Assembly (NCBI GenBank): GCA_024137785.1
Contig: JAHRHZ010000085.1
Location: 12,621,210-12,685,209, forward strand
Direction: 5' to 3'
Source: Ginglymostoma cirratum
Lineage: Eukaryota
Length of the DNA: 64,000 nucleotides
In this document: in pieces, positions 1-13,164 of the stretch
How positions within the stretch are numbered: position 1 is the first letter of the stretch
How the letters are laid out: the number at the start of each line of letters is the position of its first letter
Translations under genes and position numbers: made by a program
The notes under the pieces: generated by a model
The model's input: only the letters and a program-made list of their open reading frames with translations
The model's database searches: none
Told to the model about the DNA's origin: nothing

Positions 1-283
1 CATGTTTCCTTCCATTTGCATCTACCTTTGTATGTCATCTTGATAATTTCTGCACCATGTGGAAGATCTGATGAGGTGGCTGATATTCATGCACATAAGA
101 GTGCTCATGCCCAATTATATTTTGTCGACTGATGTGCCATGTGCCAATATAAAAGGATCATTTAGAGCCATTAATGACTTTTGGCAATGACCACTATGGA
201 TGTGACCAGGATGAGAGTGGTAGTCAAGAAAAAGTGACTCAGTTTTATGGAGAACTATTGTGAAATGCACCCAAGATACCACC

Positions 284-597
284 CAATGGTTAGCACTGCT
301 GCCTCACAGTGCCAGGGACTCGGGTTCGATTCCAGCCTCGGGCGTCTGTCTGTGTGGAGTTTGCACATTCTCCCAGTGTCTGCGTGGGTTTCCTCCGGGT
401 GCTCCGGTTTCCTCCCACAGTCCAAAGATGTGCAGGTTAGGTGGGTTGGCCATGCTAAATTGCCCGTAGTGTTCAGGGCAGTGTAGGTTAGGTGGGTTGT
501 TGGGGGGAGTGGGTCTGGGTGGGATGCTCTGAGGTTCGGTGTGGACTTGTTGGGCCGAAGGGCCTGTTTCCACACTGTAGTGATTCTGTGATTCTGT
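284..597 (+). mobile_element. HE1-type tRNA-derived SINE (elasmobranch)
   Basis: Head TGGTTAGCACTGCTGCCTCACAG with B-box GGTTCGATTCC, central GTGTGGAGTTTGCACATTCTCC...TCCAAAGATGTGCAGG, CR1-like tail ending in (GATTCTGT)n. Five more copies in the window. Confidence 0.85.
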
Positions 598-899
598 AAT
601 ATGTTATCATTAATTGTGGCTTGTGATACATGTAAAGCTTCCAGTTAAACATGTGTAAGGAATTTGGATTTAAGTACATTGAATCCAGGCAAGCAATTAG
701 TACCTTCAAACAGGTAGAAACTGAACAAAATTCCTATTTCATAAGTATATTGCTGATATCTTTTAACTTGTAGTCTGACAATCCTCATGGAAATTCAGAA
801 CTCTCTTGTTCTGAACGTCTCTGAGCAATTATCCTGAGTTGTTTCATTTACTTCGATGCACAAATTTACTTCTATCCAGCACTTTAATATTTAAAAGGC

Positions 900-1050
900 A
901 TCTGTGTGGGTATATGAATAGGAAGAGTTTAGACGGATATGCTCCAAATGCTAGTAAATGGACGAGACTAATTTAGGGTATCTGGTCGACATGGATGAGT
1001 TGGACTGACGGGTCTGTTTCCATACTCTATAGCTGGTATGACTCTAATTT
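900..1050 (+). mobile_element. CR1 LINE 3' tail fragment
   Basis: Similar to the 3' end at 51700-51850 (GGGTCTGTTTCCAT...ATGACTCT). Confidence 0.7.
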
Positions 1051-1987
1051 AAAATTGTATTTTTCAAACACATTGCCCTGCTCTGCTGGAATCTACCCTG
1101 ATTATTCCTGCTGATCATCTGTTTGGTATTTTGGATCTTTTCTGTCAATACATTGTTATTCTGTGTCATTACTAACATGGACTTCCTGTTTATTCCTCTC
1201 TACATTTGTCCCTTTCTCTTAATTTGTTTTGTTTGCCTTTGCTCTATGTCACTGCAGAATTGTACACTCTTTAGCATATCAGCATTCTGGTAATTCTGTT
1301 TGTACTTTGAGAACATTTGCTAACCTTGAACTTTTGTATGTTTGAGTTAAAGATGAGCTATTTTGTTGTATACGTATGCTGTTGCTTCAATCCCTTTTAT
1401 TAGTCAGTCTGAAGTTGAGGTGATTGAGAGTTGATTACATATTTCAGTTGATATTTTTCTGTGATATTAAGTCATGTAGGTCAGGGGAGTTAGTGGGTGA
1501 GTGCTTTTAGGTGTTGACCGGTCTGAATTGGGCCATTGGTAAGACTGGAAATTTCATATGCCAGTCTGTCCATGCTTGAGTGGGCAAAACCTCTCATAGT
1601 TTCACTGTACCGTTTACTATTAAGTGATCTTTGTTTAATAGTGTAGATGTTTTGATGTGGCTTAAGAAAGTGATGGTCTTGTTATACCCTCCCAGAGTGC
1701 CAAATGAATGACAGTACACCCGCCCGTTGTGCCATTGAGTTGTAGTGAAGCACAAACCATTGTCCTTGAGCAGAGGAGTTGCATAGGCAACTTGACAAAA
1801 GCCTGATGGTGTGCTCACCTCATTGTCCAAACTATAGCATATCTGTGTGGAAACGAATTGGGAGACTGGTTTGAAGGCTGCTCATGTTAACTGAGTACTA
1901 CTTATCTTTTAGATGGGTTACAGTCTATGTGCACACCCTTGTGTAAAGGAAGAGCAAGCAAAATACTCTGGAGAAAATGATCATATT

Positions 1988-2168
1988 GTAGATGCTGGAA
2001 ATCTGAAATAAAAAAACAGGAAATTCTAGAAATACTCAGCAAGGATGGAAACATCCATGTTGGGAAAATTAAAGTTAAGTTTGCGGGTTGGTGACAATAA
2101 AATATCATTGACCTGAAATATTAACTATTTCTGCTGTGCTGCTTGATCTGATAGCATTTTCTGTTATT
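1988..2168. mobile_element. Degenerate head-to-head pair of Penelope-like terminal repeats
   Basis: Left arm is the reverse complement of the terminus seen at 16545-16625. Right arm (GACCTGAAATATTAACT...TGCTGCTTGATCTG...GCATTTTCTGTT) is the same terminus in sense. Confidence 0.55.
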
Positions 2169-2959
2169 GAAAGTTCGGGTGTACCACAATAATTTTTGAG
2201 TAATTTTTTTCCTCTTTTCTCATCAAGCTTGAGAAATTTTCTCCAGCAGCATTCATCTTCTCTTAACTTGAGTGGGATAAGCCCAGTTGTCCTAATTTTT
2301 TCACTCCAATTCAAGTTCTCTGAAAAATACCTAAAGTATCAGTATAAAATCATTTGGAAATTTTAAAAATTGGGTTTGCTACTGTTGAACAGATTAGACA
2401 TGCTTGTGTACAAGAGGTCCATCCTTTCAAATGTAACTTCAAAAAAAAAATTCGAGCTGTAATAGCCATAGCTATTTCTGAAGCAAAAATTCTTAGCATG
2501 GTTATGAAACTTTCAGTTCATTCTTAAACTAAAGTTGCTTATGGAGGCTGCTGCAGCAGCTGATGTAAGGCTTTATGGTGCATATGCTGATAAAACCTGT
2601 TTGAGATCAAAGTGCTCAGGGAAACCCATTTGTGTTCTTGTTGTGTTAACTTTTACATGTCTGTGTGGAAACTAATTGGATCCCAACCCTCCAACATCTG
2701 GTATGGGAAATGGGCAACGTGTTGGGCTCTTGAAGGCAAATATGCCACTAGTGTAGAGAAATTGTGTAGGACAGCACCCAACACTCCCTGCTTGCATGAC
2801 ACTATCAAGGTTTACACCTTAATGATGAGACCTAAATGAACAAACCTCAAGTTAAGTGAGTGAAGCTTGGTGTCATAGTGTGTAAGATTCTGCGTGGCAG
2901 GGTTTGAAAAGCATATTTAATAAAATAGGTATAGATCAAGCCATAGGTTTTTTGAGAAG

Positions 2960-3660
2960 CAGTTTAATGGAAGACTAGTGAAATGGTCAAGCAAATGACA
3001 AGTTAAATTGAGCAGAGAAGACTGAAGCACATTTTGGTTGGAAGGAAGGAGAGACAGTATGCTCCAAATGGTACAATTTTAAAAGCCTGTCCAGGAGCTG
3101 AGAGTGAGGATATATTTACATATCATCGACGGTGGCAGGTTAGATTGAACAAGCGGCTTTTCAACAAGAAAGCATCCAGGATCTTGGATTTTAAAAATAG
3201 AACCAAAGTATAAAAGCCAGAAAATGATTGATGCATCTTTGATAAGATGCCAATTCAGCCTCTAGTTTAGGCTGTACACTTTACTAAGGACTTGAATGAA
3301 GGTCTTGAAGAGGAGATTTGATAATGCTTAAATGATGTGTATCCTAGCCTGAAATTCTACCTCCTGGCAAAAGGTACAGTAGTGAGAGGTCACTGATTTG
3401 AGGTGATTGCCTTTGGCTTTCTTTAAAATCAATGAGAAGAAAAAAATTTCCTTGAGTGGACATGATCTGGAGTACACTGTCCGAAGTGGTATTGAAGGCA
3501 AAATCATCATGGCTTTCAAAGGGGTAGGTGGGTCTACAAAGAGAAATTGCAGGCTTGGGGTGAAAAGCAAGGAAGTGCGACTAGTTGGAAGGCTGTCCCA
3601 GAGACTTGCCTTGGTGATTTGAATGGCCTACTTCTCTGTTATAGTTGTTCTCTTATTCTG
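2960..3660 (+). mobile_element. Old CR1 LINE 3' fragment
   Basis: Decayed similarity to the RT C-terminal and 3' UTR regions of the younger CR1 copies in the window. Confidence 0.55.
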
Positions 3661-3924
3661 TAGCACCTGAAAGGCTGATGGAAACATATTCAATGCGAGC
3701 ATTAAAAAATAGTCGAAGGAAAAGTATTACAGGGCAGTGGGAAAAGACAAGTGGGATGTTTGTGCGAAAAACCAAAAGGTTGCCTTCTGCTCTGGTATTC
3801 TGATTCTTTGGGCATTGCTGTGAGAACTATGCTGTTTCATTAAACTGTTTGAATGGTTTTAATGTAGTTTGAATCTCCTGCCTTCTGCTTTATTTAATTT
3901 TAATATTTATTTCAAGTTTATTGC

Positions 3925-5095
3925 AATGATCAGGTTTCCGCGAGTTCATCTTCACATTGTTGAAGGAGGAAGGATCAGTTTGACCCCAGAAATGTTATGA
4001 ATATTGAAAATTATTGCTGGTCTTTCAAACTTCTTGTGACAGAGATCTGTGGGAACATTGTCATTGGTCTTATTACAGTTTGATGGATAGAGAATTCATT
4101 GACAGATAGGAAACAAAGTAAGAATACACAGATCTTTTTCTGAGTGAGCGGCAGTGAATAGCAGGGTACTACAATGCTTAGTGCTTGTACCCCACTGTTC
4201 AGTATATATTCTTGACTTAGTTGAGGTAACTGAATGTAATATTTGTAAGTCTGCAGGTGGGAGGGCAAAATGTGAGGAGGATGCAAAGGTGCTTCACTGT
4301 GATTTGGATAAGTAGAGTGAGTGGACAAATGTATGGCTATGAAGTGTCATATGGATAAATGTGAGGGCAGATTAACTGAATGAAAACAGATTGAGAAGAG
4401 GAAAGTGCCACGAACCCTTGTACACCAGTTGCAGAAAGTAAGCATGTAGTTGCAGCAGGCAGTGAAGAAAGAAACCGGTATTTTGGCCTTCAGGAGGAGA
4501 GGATTTGAGTACAGGAGCAGGGATGTCTTGCTGTAATTATACATGGTCTTTTTGAGACTGCAACTAGAGTATATATGCAGTTTTGGTTTCGGTACCTGAG
4601 AGAGTATGTTCTAGCTATGGAGGCAGTACAACAAAGGTTTACTAGACTTATTCCTAGAATGGCAGGACTGATGCATGAAGAGAGGCTGGATCAGTTAAGA
4701 TTATATTAATTGGAGATTAGAGGAATGAGGGGAAAATCTTATAGAAACCTCCAATTTTGAAAGGATGAGACAAGATAAACTCGGGATGTTCCTGATGACT
4801 AGGGGATCAGAACCAGATGTCATAGTGTAAGGATACAGGATAGGTCATTCAGGATTGAGATGAGATTTGTTCACTTGGAGAAGCCTGTGGAATTCTCTGC
4901 TGCAGAGAGCAGTTGAGGCCAAAATATTGAATGTTTTCAAGTTGGTGTTAGATATGGTTTTTAGGGCTGAAGGGATTAAAGATCTTGGCTGGTGGGAAGT
5001 GAGCTTGGGGTACTCAGTTCGATAATCAGCCATGATTGTATTGAATGGTGGTGGTGAATGGCCTATTCCTGCCCTGATTTACCATGCTTCTGTGT
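3925..5095 (+). mobile_element. CR1 LINE, decayed RT and 3' end
   Basis: Collinear with 23823-25217 (TGCAGTTTTGG, CTGTGGAATTCTCTGC, TCAGCCATGATTGTATTGAATGG). Confidence 0.8.
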
Positions 5096-6269
5096 AACCA
5101 TCTTTTGAATTTGTGGTAATTCTGTTCTAAAATGCATCCTTAACACTTCAGAAAATATAAAGGCATGTTGGAATTTTCAAGATATTTGCTATAGCCTTTT
5201 AACACAGTCTTTGTGTACTGTTTAGTTTCTGTTTATCATTGTTGTTAGATTTGTGGAAGCGAAACTGTGTACATACTGCACATGACAGAATTTGTCAAAA
5301 CATTGGTTTCTGCAAGTAATGGGCATTTTCCATAATTGCTGTTATGTTTAAAATGCACTGTTTTGTTCTGTCTTGTCTCCTCACTTGTGAATTGTCCATT
5401 TTCAAAAGTTACTTTGGCTTTAGCCTGTGCCAAGTGGTTTAGAGGTATGATGAATACCATATTCTGAGATGACAAATGTGGGTACTCTGTATATGCAACC
5501 AATTGTTATATTAAGGCTGTACCGAGCTAGTGAACAGAAGAATAGGATACACGTTCCAGTTGGTAGGAGGTACTGACTGTGTCTGTGCTTTCTTATTCAT
5601 TTTATCAACTGTTGTTAGTGATTGAGACAGAGGTATGGAATGTATCAGGAGTTGATGTTTAGTTTCTATGGGTACTATGTCGCCCTAAGATTTTATTACA
5701 TTGTGCTATATTTGTGTTTTGTTAATCGCATTGTTATAATTCTTTTGCAGTCTGGTACCTCAGACAATAGAGTGTTGATTTCATAAACCAAGAATATTGC
5801 TTTTCGGCTGAATTGTTAAATAGACCTATTGTTCTAGGCAGTTTGTAAAGGTACAGTTGTTTAATACTGACTGTTATTACTGGCCTGTGCTGTGAATGCG
5901 TGTGTAGCAACTTGTACTAATACAGTAAATAAAGAAATGAGCGTGGCACAATTTTTTTTTAGATTCATTTACCGTACCATTTTGATCTATCTCTGAGAGT
6001 ACTTAGGTTAGAAGCTTCAGATTTGGAATGAAAATTTATAGATTTATGGTATATCTAATTCGCCCTCTGTTCCCTTCAACTTGGCTCTGTTAAGTTACAA
6101 AGTTTAATCTTTGGTTGGTACAGTTAAGTGCAAAGAAAAAGACAGAATAAAAATATCTGTGTTTTTAAACAATCTCTATCAGAACAATAATATATAAATA
6201 ACAGTACAGCACTTGAGGCCATTGTGTCTGTGCTATAAATTGAAAGGACTATACAACTGTATGCTGCAA

Positions 6270-6555
6270 GCCTGCCACCACTACAACCTAGGTAAGGATG
6301 ATTGGGAACACCACTACTTGGTATTTTCCCCCCAAACCGCAATATCCTGACTTTGGAAGTATTGCTACTCCTACTTCTTGGCTGTTGCTGGCCCAAATCC
6401 TGGCACTCACTACTTAGTAGCAATGTGAGTGCCCCTACACCTCAAAACCTACATCAATTCAAGAAGGTATGTTAGTGCCTGATTCTCCAGGGCAGTTAAA
6501 AATGTGTAATAAATGCTGGCCTAGCCAGTGATGGTCACGTCCCATGAACAAATTA
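6270..6555 (+). mobile_element. L2-like LINE 3' end
   Basis: Ends in AATAAATGCTGGCCTAGCCAG, like 58300-58545 and the reverse strand of 29420-29700. Confidence 0.65.
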
Positions 6556-6569
6556 AACAGTCCAATTAT

Positions 6570-7340
6570 TCCCCTGCTCTTACTCTATATCCTGCAGTTC
6601 TTCCCCTTTTTATGCATTTGTTGAGTTCACCACCTCATGTATGCATTCAAGATCATACTTGTGTGATTTTTTTTTACCCCCCCTCCCCACCACCTCATAT
6701 CTCCTGATGACTGTCCTGGCAAACAGCTTCTAATCTGTACCTCTTTGTTATTAATGGTTCTGCCACTGAAGACAGTTTCTCCTCATTTTCTCTATGATAA
6801 CAGTCATGATTTTGAATACTGTTAATCTTCATTTAACCTTCCTCAAAGAACAATTTAATTTCAGTTTCTCTTTGAAGCCCTACGTCCCAGACACCATATG
6901 AGTAGATCTCTTTTCAACTCACTTGCACACCTTGATGACCTTTCAAAAGTATGTTGCTTAGAAGTTAGCACAATACTCCAACTATAGTCTGACTAATGTT
7001 TTATAAAGGTTTAGCATAATTTCTTTTGCTTTTGCTTTAAATTCTGTATGAAGGATAGCTCCTACATTTTTTAAACACTGTTTTGAGCCTGATCTGTTAT
7101 TTGCAAACATTGGTGTGCGTACACATTCTTGCATCTCCTTCAAAATTTATACAATTTATTTAGTATTGCTTCCCATTCATCTGAGCAAAACGAATCACTT
7201 CATACTTCTCAGTTAAATTTTGTTTGCCATTTTACCAGTTTCTGTAGAACGTACAAAAACTCCTCACTGTTGATTAGATTTGTATTTGGGGTATCTGCGG
7301 ATTGTTAAATTGCACTCTGTATCCAACTCTAGCTCATTCT
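6570..7340 (-). mobile_element. Old CR1 LINE fragment
   Basis: Decayed reverse-strand similarity to the CR1 3' half (CAATACTCCAAC...TAATGTTTTATA). Confidence 0.55.
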
Positions 7341-7462
7341 GTTAAAAGACGTTGATCGGAATAGTGGCATAATTTATGTGGGTGAAGAGAAACATCCTCT
7401 TAGCCGCATTAGGAGTACATTTCCCTAAACAAAATAAGGGAAGAATATTTAGCGTGTTAGAT

Positions 7463-8096
7463 TGTTCTTATGGACCAGACCAGACTCCCTTAAAACGTTT
7501 CAAGGAGATAGTCTAGACCCTAACCTTTTCTTATTTTAAAGGCATGTGTCAGGCGTCGTGTTCTGGACGCAGTTCGATTCATCAAACTACCAGCGTTGAA
7601 GCAAAACATACGTTATTCATAGACTATAGTTAAAAGCCAATAAAAAAAGAAAAAAGTGGAATGACAACAGTATTGGAAAACTTAACAGAATAATAGATTA
7701 TTTAACTACTAAACAGTAATTATTACAAAAACATAACATCGCATAAACGCACCCTTGGCAAATGCAAATTCAGTAAAATAGATTGTTTCATATGCAGTTC
7801 ACCAGTCCAGGAGGAAAAACATCAAGAGAAAACTCCATAAGAGAGAGAGTAGCAGGGAAAGATGTACTGCAGCTTCCAAACCTAGCTTCAAGACCCCAGC
7901 AACTGCTACTGAAAAACTAAAACTAAAACTCCCACAGAACCAGGATTTTAACTGCATCCATTCAGGCTGCTTCCAAGGCCTCTCTGTCTGTTTACTTTAT
8001 TGGTCTTGAGTAGATTAATCGGCGCCTTTGTATCAACCTTTCTTCATTTTTAAAAAAAGGACCAAATACACCTCTTAAAACCATAGTATTGTCACA
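7463..8096 (-). mobile_element. Possible solo LTR, about 630 bp
   Basis: TGT...ACA termini, raised CpG content and no similarity to the LINE/SINE families here. No clean TSD (agat vs ttat). Orientation is tentative. Confidence 0.4.
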
Positions 8097-9399
8097 TTAT
8101 AAAAGCTGAAACATTTCTGCACTTCAGGTAACTGCTAGGCACTTTGCAAACATAAAATATTAATGCATGCTCTTGACAGTGAAAATGCCCTACCTGTATC
8201 ATAAACACAAACATGCCAGAAAGCAACATATTGTCTCGCCCTGACTGGTGATGTGAAAGTGGGTGCTTTTACTTCTCACACGGCAATTATTGCAGTTGTT
8301 AAAAGTACAGTAATGAGAGGCTTTGGGTGTCAGGCTAAATCCTGCTCTTCCAGAGGCTAAGAGGAAATATAATACATCCACTGCATATAGTGTCTCCTTA
8401 CTAATCTGTTGACTGTATGGGCAATGAACATTAAAGCTCTCCAGTCTGTTCCTGTTTGTTCAGAGTAAATATTTGCTTGATGTGAGAAGAATAAATAATT
8501 TCGAAGAGCAACCCGAGCAATTTTAAGATGATCTAGAATACTTTGTTTTTCTGTTATTTGAATTCCGTTCAACAGAATTTAATTAAGTAGCTTTTGATGG
8601 AGGGGATAGATTATAGTATCGTATTTTAGCTTTTTTTGGTTGGTTAAATTTACCAATGAATTTAGTTTAGTTTTATTATTTTCATTTGTGGAACAATGAA
8701 CTTAAAAGCCCAGTCTTATGTATTCCTGTAATTTATTTGTTGGGCATGTTGGCAGTTGTTATTTCAACTCATTCTTGGGCCGTGTGACCTGTCAATGAGA
8801 AATGGGTTGAAAATACCAGACACTGATGCACTGACCAAATGCAGTGTGCTATGTTTGTTCAGTTAATAGGATTAAGATAAACGCATAATGCAAATTATTG
8901 CACTATTAATATTCTGTGTGGAAGATACTTCAACTCACAACTTTGTTTAACTCGAGCACACTATAAGCAATCTTCTGCCATTCTTTTTGCTCACCTATCT
9001 AACTCGCATTACAGTTTTGTAGAGGAGTATTGCGCATGGATTATGTTTTCCCTTATGAAGAGACCAGGCCAAGTTCCATCCTCCCTCAATGATTAAATCC
9101 CTTGGTTTTCAGACTAGATTCTGAGAGGAGACCAAGTTGATGAGCTGTGGATTGTTGTTTGTTTGATGTTTCTCTTCCTCAGAGTATCCTGCAGAACAGA
9201 TGCACTAAGATCCCAGTGAGATCACTAACCTATCTTGAAGTAGTTAATTGGAATCATCATTGATGTTTTCTTTAAAATTTTCATTGGTCTATGTTTTTGT
9301 TGAGTTCACATTGATAGTCTCTTGGTTTCTCCCGTTTTAATTGAGGTCCTGACAATGCTGGTTGATTGTCCTTCTCCATTTTCATGCACTCAGTCCCCT

Positions 9400-9522
9400 G
9401 GTTCTTGTGGCACAGTGGTAGTGTCCCTGCCTCTGGATGCGGAGACCTGGGTTCATGTCCGACTTGCACCAGAGATGTGTAATAACGTCTCTGAGCAAGT
9501 TGATTAGAAGATATCCATAAAA
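9400..9522 (+). mobile_element. Short tRNA-derived SINE (family 3)
   Basis: A-box TGGCACAGTGGTAG, B-box-like GGGTTCATGTCC. Reverse copies at 11859-11970, 44261-44358 and 62775-62855. Confidence 0.75.
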
Positions 9523-10234
9523 AGAAAGTGTTGTAGTTAAGTCTCTCGATACTGCAACCTTCCTTTTTTTTTCCCTTCTTCCTCTCTTCACTGTAATTCC
9601 TTCCTCTGTCTGCAGGGGATGACTATGGCATTTCAATCTCTTCTTGGCTCCTCTTCGACTTGGAAAGTCAGATCGGCAGAGGTGGCCATGAGGAAGAATC
9701 CATGGACTGTGTTTGCAGCAGTTTCCTAGAACAATATCTAGGTTCAGTTAGGCACTAGGCTGTTTTGTATTTGGTGTTGTGTAATGAGACAGGCTGAAAT
9801 AAATTATTTTGGAGTAAAAGATAGACTAGGAAACAGTTACTATATGTGGTACAATCTAATTCAGGTTGAGAGGGAGAAAATTGGTTTGGAAACAACTGTG
9901 TTGAACTTTAATTAGGGTAGTAAGAAAGGAATGAGGGCAGGGCCAGCTGGAATGGACTGGCAAAGCAGTTGATCAGCAAAGGCAATTGAGGAACGATGGT
10001 AGATGTTTATGAAAACAGTTCATAGTTAATGACAAAGGTTCTGGAAAAGGGTTAAGTTGGTCATAAAAAGTTAAGGGTAGCATCAAATTGAAACAAACAA
10101 AGTACAATGTGGCAAAGCCTAATCGTGAGCCAGAGGATTGAAAACTTTTTAAAAAAACCACCAAAATTATGTGGGGCGTGGATAAGCTAAAGAAGGAGGA
10201 ACCTTTCCCCTTGATGACCAGCATAAATTTATGT

Positions 10235-10940
10235 AAGAGGCCTATCCAATCTTTCCTCCTAACTTGATTTTCTCTGCCAAACAACATATCGGTGAATCTC
10301 CACTGCACCTCCTCCAGTGCAATCACATCTTTCCTGTAACGTGGTGACTAGAGCTGCATACAGTACTCTAGCCGTGGTTTCACCAAAGTTCTATACAACT
10401 CCATCTTGACTTCCCTGTTTTTGTCATTTATGCCTCGATTTGACAAAGGCTAGTGTGACCCATGTGCCTTTTTCACTACCCTGCTGACATGCCCATTTGC
10501 CTTCAGAGATCTTAGGACAAACACTCCAAGATCCCTTTGTTCTACAAAGCCTCTGAGTATTATGCCGTTCATTGAATATTTCCTTGTCAAATTACTCCTT
10601 CCAAAGTGAGTCGCCTCAAGCTTTTCAGGGTTAAATTCCATCTGCCACTTACCTGTCCACTTTACCATCCCATTTGTCATCTTGTAGACCAAGACACTCA
10701 ACTATCTGACCAATCTTTGTGACATCTGCAAATTTAGTACTCCTCCCACCTCCCCAAACACATGCATACACGCATACACACCCCCCATCCACACCCCCAG
10801 CCCCCCACACCGCCCCAGCATGCGCGCACGCGCACATGCGACGTAATTTATATAAATGATGAATAATTGGGGACCCAGTACTGATCCCTTTGGTACGCCA
10901 CTGGAATTGCTTCCAGTCATGAATACCGCCTTCTGTGACC
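10235..10940 (-). mobile_element. CR1 LINE RT fragment interrupted by a low-complexity tract
   Basis: ORFs give GVPKGSVLGPQLFIIYIN, KFADVTKIG and KWQMEFNPEK. Low-complexity insert at about 10745-10842. Confidence 0.85.
10745..10842. repeat. C-rich / alternating purine-pyrimidine low-complexity tract
   Basis: CCCCCCATCCACACCCCCAGCCCCCCACACCGCCCC followed by CATGCGCGCACGCGCACATGCG. Confidence 0.85.
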
Positions 10941-10959
10941 ACATGCTGTAGTTAATATA

Positions 10960-12165
10960 AGAACCTAGCATGGATAAAAGATGACAGTCTGTAACTAGTG
11001 GAATGCCATAGAGATCAACTAGTTTAGTTTGGGAAACTTGGTCGGCATGGGCAAGTTCGATTGAAGGGTCCATTTCCGTGCTGTGGGACTCGTTGACTCT
11101 GATTCTACATTTAGTAATGACGTGGATAAGGAAACTCCATGTACTATAGTCAAATTTATAGGTGACGCAAAAAGAGGTGGGAAGGCAAGTGGTGAAGATG
11201 ACATTCAATTTGCAAAGAGATATAGATAGTTTAAGCAATGGCAGATGAGTATATTCTGGGAAAATGTCAGGTTATGCACTTTGGCAGGAAGAATAGAGGA
11301 GGTGAATATTACTTCAGTGGAGAAAGACTGCAGAAAGTTGCAGTACAGAGATTTAGTAATCTTGTTTAAATCTCAAAAAAAACTAGTATGAACATTTAGA
11401 GAAGTATGGAGGCAGTTGGAATGTTAGCCTTTATTTCAAAGGAAATGGAGTGTTAAATTAGGGAAGTCTTGCTAAAACTAGACAAGATGCTAGTTAAACT
11501 GCACCAAGAATTGTGTGACCTGTTTTGGTCCCATAATGTAAGGCGAGATATACCTTATTAGAAGCAGTCCATTATTGTTGTTTCCGGGCACAGAGAGACT
11601 GTCTTATGAGGGGATGTTGAGCCTGTATTCCACAGAATTTAGAAAAAGGAGAGGCTGCCTTATTGAGGCAGACAAGATTTTTTTTAAGGTGCTTAACAGT
11701 TCAGTTGCAGGAATACTATTTCACCCTTGAGGGTGAGTACAGGATCAGAGTGCATAATCTCAGTAGGGAGTCACCCATTTTAGACAAAGTTGAGCAAGTT
11801 CTTCTCTGACTGTGCTGAGTATTGATTTTTTTTTTTAAGGAAATTTAATTTAACCTACTTTTCCAATCAACCTGTTCAGAGATGTTATTACACGGCTCGA
11901 GAGCAGGTGGGACTTGAACTCATCCTCCAGGGCCAGGGGTAGGGACATTACCACTGTGCCACAAGAGAGCACTGTTGAATTATGCACTGCAGATAGTCAT
12001 TAAATATACTCAAGGCTGAGATAGATAGCAAGAGAATCATAAGTTATGGGGAGAATGCAGGCTAGTGGAGTTGCTGATTATTAGATCAGCCATGATCTCA
12101 TTTAATGATGGTGTAGTCTTAATAGGATGACTAAAATATCTCTGCTCCTCTGTCTTACAGTCTTA
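10960..12165 (+). mobile_element. CR1 LINE 3' part with a nested CR1 tail (about 11020-11105) and a nested SINE (11859-11970)
   Basis: Decayed RT-to-tail collinearity with other CR1 copies. Ends TCTGCTCCTCTGTCTTACAGTCTTA. Confidence 0.75.
11859..11970 (-). mobile_element. Short tRNA-derived SINE (family 3)
   Basis: Reverse complement of the 9400-9522 family. Confidence 0.75.
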
Positions 12166-12300
12166 AAATGCATGCAGTGGCTCTATGTTAATATCTAGAT
12201 GAAAACCCAGTCTTTCTAATATAATCAGTTAAATTGTTAGTCAGTCAAGGTTCATTACTACTTGTATGTATTAAAATGGCTTTCATGACTGGTTAGTTAT

Positions 12301-12488
12301 TACAAGGTCCCCGATTTACAAATATCTGACTTAGAAACATGATCTCATACAGAGATGAAATTTTAAAGACCCAATGTATGAACATCTCCTGTACTTACAA
12401 ACTGCTCCTTTATAATGTCCTGCATTATGTTCCGACTTGCGAACAGACTACAGAATGGAACTCGTTTGCAATCTGAGGACTGCCTGTA
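12301..12488. mobile_element. Tc1/mariner (Tigger-like) MITE
   Basis: Imperfect TIRs TACAAGGTCCCCGATTTACAA and TTGCAATCTGAGGACTGCCTGTA, with TA at both ends. Confidence 0.55.
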
Positions 12489-12829
12489 CAGTGACTACAG
12501 TGCAAAATAACAAGAAGTAAAATCTAACCACCCAGGCATAGCTATAGAATGCAAAAATTTCAAAACAACTGACATTCCGAGAATTGATCAATGCCAAATG
12601 AATGAATGTCGCTTAAGTGTAAACACCATGGCTGAATGCCCAATTCTGTGCATTTTCCAGGCAAAATGTGACTGTGACAAAGGTAACTTCTTATCACTCC
12701 TGTTTTCAGCCTTTTACACACCTGACCACAACTACCACCTCCAGTGCCTGTTCACTGTCACCTGGCTGTTTGAGACTACCTTCATGAGGTTCTGTTCCTA
12801 TCCATCTAATTGTAAACAGAGAATAACTT

Positions 12830-13164
12830 ATTCTTTTGTGGGATTTGAGGGTTGCTGTCCATCCCTATTTTCATTTGGAATTAAGTGGCTTACCAGGCTA
12901 TTTCAAGGCAATTTAGAGTCACACATGGGTCCAGAGCCATATGAAGGACAACAGATGTAGTTCCCTAAAAGACTGTCGTGAACTGGATGAGTTTTTATTA
13001 CAATCTGTCAGTTGACAAAGGACTAGTTTTATATTCCAGATTTATGAATTGAATTTTAATTCCACCAGCTGCTGCAATGGGATTTGAACCCAAGCGTTAG
13101 AGCACAAGCCCATGTCTCTGGTTTACTAGACCAGTGATGTTGCCACTATGCTGCTGTCTCCCCC
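12830..13164 (-). mobile_element. tRNA-derived SINE (family 2) sharing its 3' tail with the L2-like LINE
   Basis: Reverse B-box GGATTTGAACCC. Homologous to 22436-22798, 43588-43932, 57005-57341 and 61575-61934. Confidence 0.7.

Noticed and set aside
284-345. tRNA genes suggested by A/B boxes here and at other SINE heads
   Set aside because: No complete cloverleaf. Each continues into a SINE body and a LINE-derived tail.
247-709. Cluster of recurrent short ORFs (SVWSLHILP...SGFLPQSKDVQVR)
   Set aside because: Translations of HE1 SINE sequence that recur at every copy. Not coding.
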